Shown: positions 59,046-64,000 of the stretch, piece by piece | Layout of the letters: each line of letters begins with the position of its first letter | Position numbering within the stretch: the stretch's first letter is position 1 | Assembly: GCA_903869345.1 (NCBI GenBank) | Contig: CAIPYM010000024.1 | Span: 3,703 to 67,702, forward strand | DNA: 64,000 bases | Source: an uncultured Pseudomonadota bacterium | Lineage (GTDB): Bacteria > Pseudomonadota > Alphaproteobacteria > UBA9219 | Reading direction: 5' to 3' | The notes under the pieces: generated by a model | The model's input: the letters and a program-made list of their open reading frames with translations, nothing else | What the model was told of the DNA's origin: nothing | Database searches by the model: none | Program-made: the position numbers and the translations under genes

Positions 59046-59353
59046 GGCACGTCGTTTTTTACGCGATGCTTGTGGGAGCCGTTAGCGTCGTTGGAGGAGT
59101 GAGCGCGGCCCATGCGGGAATCTGGGATGTGCGTGAGCTGGCGCGGAACAACAACTGCCCCCCGACGTCCATCACGCCCACGCAGCAAACGTTGGGGTCC
59201 TTGGGCCAAACAACCTACCGCGTGGCTTGTTCCCTGGTGAAGACACAAGGCAGCGAGGCCCCCACCGCCGAGGCCCTGCTGATTCAGTGTTCCTCCAGTG
59301 GGCTCTGCACCCTCGTTCGCCCCCTTCCCGCCAAAGAGGAAAAGGGGGAGTGA
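59042..59353 (+). CDS. Small secreted Cys-containing hypothetical protein (103 aa), ATGA-coupled to hisIE
   Basis: Signal-peptide-like [25 protein letters not shown], four Cys; no known family recognised. Confidence 0.4.
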   Translation: MRHVVFYAMLVGAVSVVGGVSAAHAGIWDVRELARNNNCPPTSITPTQQTLGSLGQTTYRVACSLVKTQGSEAPTAEALLIQCSSSGLCTLVRPLPAKEEKGE

Positions 59354-59447
59354 GCCCTTTTTAAGAGAGGACGGGGGCCTCAACAGCCCCCCAAGAAGGG
59401 CCTTGAGAAAAAGGGCGCGGGCAGGCACAACAGGGAGGCGAGGCCCC

Positions 59448-60026
59448 ATGCTGCTTTTAATTGATAACTACGACAGCTTTACCTACAACCTCGTTCACTA
59501 CCTGGGGACACTCGGGGCCGAGGTGGACGTGCGCCGAAACGACACCTTGTCGGCGACGGAAGCGTTGGCGTTGAAGCCCTCGCACATTGTCCTTTCGCCG
59601 GGACCTTGCGGGCCCGAACAGGCAGGGATTTGCCTGGATCTTTTGAGGCTTGTCGCGGCGGAGGGGAACGTGCCCCTCTTGGGCGTGTGCCTCGGGCATC
59701 AATGCCTCGGCCATGGGTTCGGGGGCGTTGTCGAGCGCGGGCCCGTGCCGGTTCACGGCAAGGTCAGCGCCGTTTATCATGAAGGGCAAGGGATTTTCCG
59801 GGGGATTCCCTCCCCGTTTGAGGCCACGCGCTACCATTCGCTGATTGTGCGGCGGGAGGGTTTGCCGGAGGACCTGACCGTGACAGCCACAACCGAGGAC
59901 GGGATTGTGATGGGCCTTCAGCACCGGACAAAACCTCTGCACGGCGTTCAGTTTCACCCGGAGAGCATCGCAACCCAGCACGGATTCGCGCTGCTCAAGA
60001 ACTTTCTTGAGGAAGGACGCACCTAA
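59448..60026 (+). CDS. trpG: Anthranilate synthase component II (glutamine amidotransferase)
   Basis: [26 protein letters not shown] triad motifs. Confidence 0.9.
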   Translation: MLLLIDNYDSFTYNLVHYLGTLGAEVDVRRNDTLSATEALALKPSHIVLSPGPCGPEQAGICLDLLRLVAAEGNVPLLGVCLGHQCLGHGFGGVVERGPVPVHGKVSAVYHEGQGIFRGIPSPFEATRYHSLIVRREGLPEDLTVTATTEDGIVMGLQHRTKPLHGVQFHPESIATQHGFALLKNFLEEGRT

Positions 60027-60029
60027 CCG

Positions 60030-61046
60030 ATGAGCCTCGCTTCGTTGCTCGCCAAACTGACGGCCAAACAAGACCTGACGCCCGAGGAGACCGAGGCCGT
60101 CTTTGATCTGATCTTCGCGGGTGACGTGCCCGACGAAGATTTGGCGGCTTTCCTCTTGGGCCTTCGGACCAAGGGCGAGGGCCCTGGCGAAATCTTGGGG
60201 GCTGCGCGGTCCATGCGTGCGCGGATGATCACGGTCGATGCGCCGCCGGGGACGATTGACATCGTGGGGACGGGCGGCGACGGCCTTGGCTTTCAGAATA
60301 TTTCCACCGCGACCGCGCTTGTTGTTGCTGCGTGCGGGGTGCCCGTGGCCAAGCACGGCAACCGTGCGAGCACGAGTCTTTCGGGCTCCTCGGATGTGCT
60401 GAGCGCCCTCGGCGTTGAAATTCACCAAGACCCTGCGCGTCTGTCCGAGGGGCTGGAGCGGCTGGGGATCGCGTTTCTGTTTGCACCTCAGCACCATCCG
60501 GCCATGCGCCACGTGGCCGCCGTGCGGCGACGGCTGGGGGTGCGAACGATTTTCAACCTGCTGGGGCCTCTGACAAACCCCGCGCAGGTGAAGCATCACG
60601 TGATCGGCGTTGCGGACGGGACGTGGCTAACGCCGTTGGTCGAGGTTCTGCGAAACCTGGGCAGTGCTCGGGCGTGGGTGGTCCACGGCCAGGATGGGCT
60701 GGACGAAATCACGACAACGGCCGCAACCGAAGGGGTGGAGTTGAACGGCGGAATGTTGCGCTCGTTCTCGTTCCAACCGGAAGATGTCGGCCTTCCGCGA
60801 GCCTTGCCCGAGGCCCTGCAGGGCGGGACACCGGATGAAAACGCCAAGGCGCTCGTGCGCCTTTTGGAAGGAGAGGTCGGGCCCTACCGCGACATTGTGG
60901 CGGTGAATGCGGCGGCGGCTTTGTACGTGGCCGAGCGTGCACCAAACCTTCGCGCAGGGCTTGGCCTCGCGACAGAGGCGCTGGTCCGTGGGGCGGCGCG
61001 GGCCAAGCTCGCGGCGCTTGTGGACTTTACGAATGAGAATCGCTGA
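60030..61046 (+). CDS. trpD: Anthranilate phosphoribosyltransferase
   Basis: DIVGTGGDG and KHGNRA motifs. Confidence 0.95.
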   Translation: MSLASLLAKLTAKQDLTPEETEAVFDLIFAGDVPDEDLAAFLLGLRTKGEGPGEILGAARSMRARMITVDAPPGTIDIVGTGGDGLGFQNISTATALVVAACGVPVAKHGNRASTSLSGSSDVLSALGVEIHQDPARLSEGLERLGIAFLFAPQHHPAMRHVAAVRRRLGVRTIFNLLGPLTNPAQVKHHVIGVADGTWLTPLVEVLRNLGSARAWVVHGQDGLDEITTTAATEGVELNGGMLRSFSFQPEDVGLPRALPEALQGGTPDENAKALVRLLEGEVGPYRDIVAVNAAAALYVAERAPNLRAGLGLATEALVRGAARAKLAALVDFTNENR

Positions 61047-61843
61047 TGCCGAACAAACTGGATGAAATCTGCGCCCGCAAACGTGAAGAGGTCGCCGTGC
61101 GCAAGGCAGCGATGCCTCTCTCGGTGTTACGCCACCAAGCGCTTGGGATTCCTCCGCCGCGTGGATTTGCGGACGCGCTGCGCCGTCGCGTGGCGCGGGA
61201 CGAGGTTGCCCTCATCGCCGAAATTAAACGATCCTCGCCCTCGGCCGGACCTTTGCGTCCGAACCTGTCCGTGCGTGAGGTGGCGCAAGCCTATGAAGCG
61301 GGTGGGGCCGCGTGCCTATCGGTCCTAACGGACGCGCCTTTTTTTGGAGGCCGCGCGGAGGATCTGACCGATGCGGTCTCGGCGTGTTCTCTGCCCGTGT
61401 TGCGCAAGGACTTTCTGGTGGACCCTTGGCAGGTGATTGAATCGCGGACCCTGGGTGCGGACGCCGTTCTGTTGATCCTCGCGGCGCTGGAGGAAAGCGA
61501 CGCGCGAGCCATCCATGAAGCGGCGCGCTCTTACGGTATGGATGTGCTGATCGAGATTCATACGTCCGCCGAGCTGAATCTTGCGCTCACGTTCCCGCCG
61601 GGGCTTCTCGGGATCAACAACCGCGACCTTAAAACGCTGACGACGCGTCTCACGACAACCGAGGAACTTGCGCCGCTTGTTCCTCCGGGGTGGCTGACGG
61701 TGAGCGAGAGCGGGGTGAAGGGACCCGAGGACATCGCGCGGTTGCGGGACATCGGCATTGGCGCTTTTCTGGTGGGGGAATCCCTGTTGCGTCAGGCCGA
61801 TTTGACCCTTGCGACACGGGATCTTGTGACCCCCAAGATATAG
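61046..61843 (+). CDS. trpC: Indole-3-glycerol phosphate synthase
   Basis: TIM-barrel IGPS motifs (IAEIKRSSPS, LRKDF, INNRDL). Confidence 0.95.
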   Translation: MPNKLDEICARKREEVAVRKAAMPLSVLRHQALGIPPPRGFADALRRRVARDEVALIAEIKRSSPSAGPLRPNLSVREVAQAYEAGGAACLSVLTDAPFFGGRAEDLTDAVSACSLPVLRKDFLVDPWQVIESRTLGADAVLLILAALEESDARAIHEAARSYGMDVLIEIHTSAELNLALTFPPGLLGINNRDLKTLTTRLTTTEELAPLVPPGWLTVSESGVKGPEDIARLRDIGIGAFLVGESLLRQADLTLATRDLVTPKI

Positions 61844-62093
61844 AATCTCCTTATAAAACAAGCGGTTAGTTTTTGGTTCGGTCGGGGAAAGGCCCGTATC
61901 GTTACGCTTTGTTGCGTTGACTTGCCCCAAAGCCCGAGTCTAGCCTTGGTGGGCCTAGAGAGAGAAAGGTGGGTTCGACCTCCGACCCCACCTTAGGCTT
62001 TTGGAGCCGGGACGGAACCCAGATGCGCACATGACGCTCCGGATTCCGTCCCGCTCCTTTTTTTATAAACCAATCACGTTTCAACACCACCAC

Positions 62094-62240
62094 CGTCGTC
62101 CCGGCGAAGGCCGGGACCTCGAGACGTTAGGAGAGCGCGTGGAGGACTCCCATCGGGATCCCGACTTTCGTCGGGATGACGCTGAAAGGGAAGGGTGGGA
62201 CAGAAAGGCCCTCTCACGTTTTGGAGAATCCCTCGCCCCC
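62094..62240. repeat. Family A palindromic element plus tail
   Basis: CGTCGTCCCGGCGAAGGCCGGGACC ... GGGATCCCGACTTTCGTCGGGATGACG, then AAAGGGAAGGGTGGGACAGAAAGGCCCTCTCACG. Confidence 0.65.
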
Positions 62241-62241
62241 C

Positions 62242-62580
62242 TTACGCCACAGGCGTGAGGAAGCTCTTGATCCATGTTTCCAAATCTTGGCGAGGAAGAG
62301 AGCCCGTCTTGGTGCCGACCACTTTCCCCTCTTTGAACACGATGAGCGTCGGGATGCTGCGGATACCGTATTGGCCCGGCATCTTGGGGTTGGCGTCCAC
62401 GTTCATTTTAAGAACCGCGACCGTGTCCCCAAGCGCCGTGGCGATCTCCTCGAGAACGGGACCCAGCATGCGGCACGGGCTGCACCACTCGGCCCAGAAA
62501 TCAACAACAACGACGCCCTTCGCTTGAAGAACATCGGCTTCAAACGTGGCATCGGTGACGGGACGTGTGGCCTGGCCCAT
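62242..62580 (-). CDS. trxA: Thioredoxin
   Basis: ATG at 62580 with GGAGG RBS; WCSPC active site; 112 aa. Confidence 0.9.
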   Translation of the reverse strand: MGQATRPVTDATFEADVLQAKGVVVVDFWAEWCSPCRMLGPVLEEIATALGDTVAVLKMNVDANPKMPGQYGIRSIPTLIVFKEGKVVGTKTGSLPRQDLETWIKSFLTPVA

Positions 62581-62758
62581 GAGATCCTCCTTGGGGGGTT
62601 GGGGCGATGACAAAAACACCTCGGCTCACGCGACCGAACACCGAAGCTCACGCCTGTTATCTAGGGCCCACGCGAGCCGTGATCAAGGGGGCACTCACGC
62701 TTCTTCGATCCTGCAGAGGGGAGCAGCCTTAAAATTCACGCACCCTCTTCCGCTACGC

Positions 62759-64000
62759 TCACCCACCCCCGACCACAAGCTCACCGTCCTGTATCCCCAC
62801 CGTCACGGCCGCACCGTCGGGGATATTACCGGCCAGGCGCTTTTCGGCCAAGGCGTTTTGCAACGACCGTTGGAGGACTCGGCGCAAGGGGCGAGCGCCG
62901 TAAACGGGATCGTACCCGGCCTCGGCCAACCACGCGCGGGCCTCGGGCGTCAGGGTGATCGTGATCGACATCGGCGCGAGAAGACGGCGAAGGTCGTCCA
63001 TTTGCGTGTCCACAATCGCCACCATGTCGGTGCGGCTGAGGCGACGGAAGACCAAGATTTCATCCAGCCGATTCAGAAACTCGGGCGGGAAGTGGTGGCG
63101 GGCGGATTCCAGGACACGCTCTCGCGTGGCGACGCTGAGGGTCTCCCCCTCGTCGTGCGCGAGAAACTCGGCCCCGAGGTTCGAGGTCAGCACGATCAGC
63201 GTGTTCGTGAAATCCACAACGCGCCCCTGGCCGTCCGTGAGCCGCCCGTCGTCCAAGACCTGCAAGAGGACGTTGAAAACGTCGGGGTGCGCTTTTTCGA
63301 CTTCATCGAACAGGATCACCCGATAGGGACGGCGGCGAACGGCCTCGGTCAGAGCCCCGCCTTCTTCGTACCCGACATACCCCGGAGGCGCGCCGATCAT
63401 CCGCGCCACGGCGTGTTTTTCCATGTACTCGGACATGTCGATTCGTAAGAGCGCGCGTTCATCGTCGAACAGAAACGCGGCCAAGGCCTTGGTGAGCTCG
63501 GTCTTGCCAACGCCCGTCGGCCCCAGGAACAGGAACGAACCGATGGGACGATTCGGCGCTTGGAGGCCCGCGCGGGCGCGACGCACGGCTTGAGCCACGG
63601 CGCTGACGGCCTCTTCCTGGCCAATGACGCGGCGACGCAAGTGCGCTTCCATACCCAAGAGTCGTTCGCGCTCACCCTGCATCATTTTCTCAACCGGGAT
63701 CCCGGTCCATCGGCTGACGATCGAGGCAATGTCAGATTCTTTCACCACTTCGTTCAGAAGGCGATGATCGGCCTGCTCTTGCGCACTTTTCAGGTCGCGT
63801 TCCAATCCGGGGATGACACTGTAAGCCAGCTCACCCGCCCGCGTGAACGCTCCGCCCCGCTGGGCTTTTTCGAGCTCGCCCCGTGCGGCTTCCAGCCGTT
63901 CTTTCAGCTTTTGCGCAACGTCCAGGTTGGCTTTCTCGGCTTTCCAACGCCCCAGGAGGACCGAGGCTTGCTCTTCCAAATTGGCCAGCTCGCCCTGCAG
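62759..64000 (-). CDS. clpB: ClpB chaperone, C-terminal part (N-terminus beyond the window end)
   Basis: Second AAA+ domain (GPTGVGKTEL, sensor and ClpB C-terminal D2-small domain); ORF runs off the window at 64000. Confidence 0.9.
   Translation of the reverse strand: MQGELANLEEQASVLLGRWKAEKANLDVAQKLKERLEAARGELEKAQRGGAFTRAGELAYSVIPGLERDLKSAQEQADHRLLNEVVKESDIASIVSRWTGIPVEKMMQGERERLLGMEAHLRRRVIGQEEAVSAVAQAVRRARAGLQAPNRPIGSFLFLGPTGVGKTELTKALAAFLFDDERALLRIDMSEYMEKHAVARMIGAPPGYVGYEEGGALTEAVRRRPYRVILFDEVEKAHPDVFNVLLQVLDDGRLTDGQGRVVDFTNTLIVLTSNLGAEFLAHDEGETLSVATRERVLESARHHFPPEFLNRLDEILVFRRLSRTDMVAIVDTQMDDLRRLLAPMSITITLTPEARAWLAEAGYDPVYGARPLRRVLQRSLQNALAEKRLAGNIPDGAAVTVGIQDGELVVGGG

Noticed and set aside
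61940-61975. tRNA-like T-arm sequence GGTGGGTTCGACCTCC
   Set aside because: The flanking sequence cannot form a T-stem (G-A and G-U mismatches) and there is no acceptor, D or anticodon arm, so no tRNA can be supported. No other intergenic region showed a cloverleaf-compatible GGTTCGA motif.
1-64000. CRISPR arrays
   Set aside because: The only short direct repeats are two-copy tandem duplications (2 x 16 bp at 4805, 2 x 24 bp at 11282) without spacers. No repeat-spacer periodicity was seen anywhere in the window.

Overview
High-GC (about 65%) proteobacterial chromosome segment, most likely alphaproteobacterial; that assignment is inferred from gene content and order, not from any search. It is dense in housekeeping genes: infA, dcd, uvrC, guaA, ybaB, fabI, hisH, lpxA-fabZ, tyrC, ubiE, rnd, pal, ftsH, ispB, parE, lgt-midA-pgeF, xerD, dgt, kdsA, pssA, nfeD-stomatin, aspC, rpsT, rpoN, cca, hisIE, trpGDC, trxA and a partial clpB, plus the 3' end of an H+-pyrophosphatase gene. 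Two families of palindromic intergenic repeats (MITE/REP-like) sit on this backbone. Family A has GTCAyCCCGGCGAAAGCCGGGrTCC hairpin ends plus a conserved GGGAGAGGGGACAGG...TTTGTGCCGTGTCGCAG tail. Family B has CCCTCTCCCCTYGAGGGRGAGGGTTAGGGTGAGGGG arms. One family A copy is inserted in frame inside hisH. There are several short AT-rich islands at about 40-52% GC. Each carries a single unusual gene: a 500-aa calcineurin-type phosphoesterase with a basic C-terminal tail, an alpha/beta hydrolase, a two-TM membrane protein, and a degenerate ORF behind a perfect 2 x 24-bp tandem repeat. Other accessory features are an orphan two-partner-secretion TpsB transporter, an IS remnant, a CsoR/RcnR-methyltransferase-RcnA metal operon with a perfect 22-bp palindrome over its start codon, and a divergent CI/LexA-like repressor module around a perfect 17-bp palindrome. 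No tRNA, rRNA or CRISPR could be supported. No single complete novel defence or secretion system is evident. The most unusual concrete signals are the in-frame repeat insertion in hisH, the metal-efflux operon with an embedded membrane methyltransferase, and the AT-rich single-gene islets.
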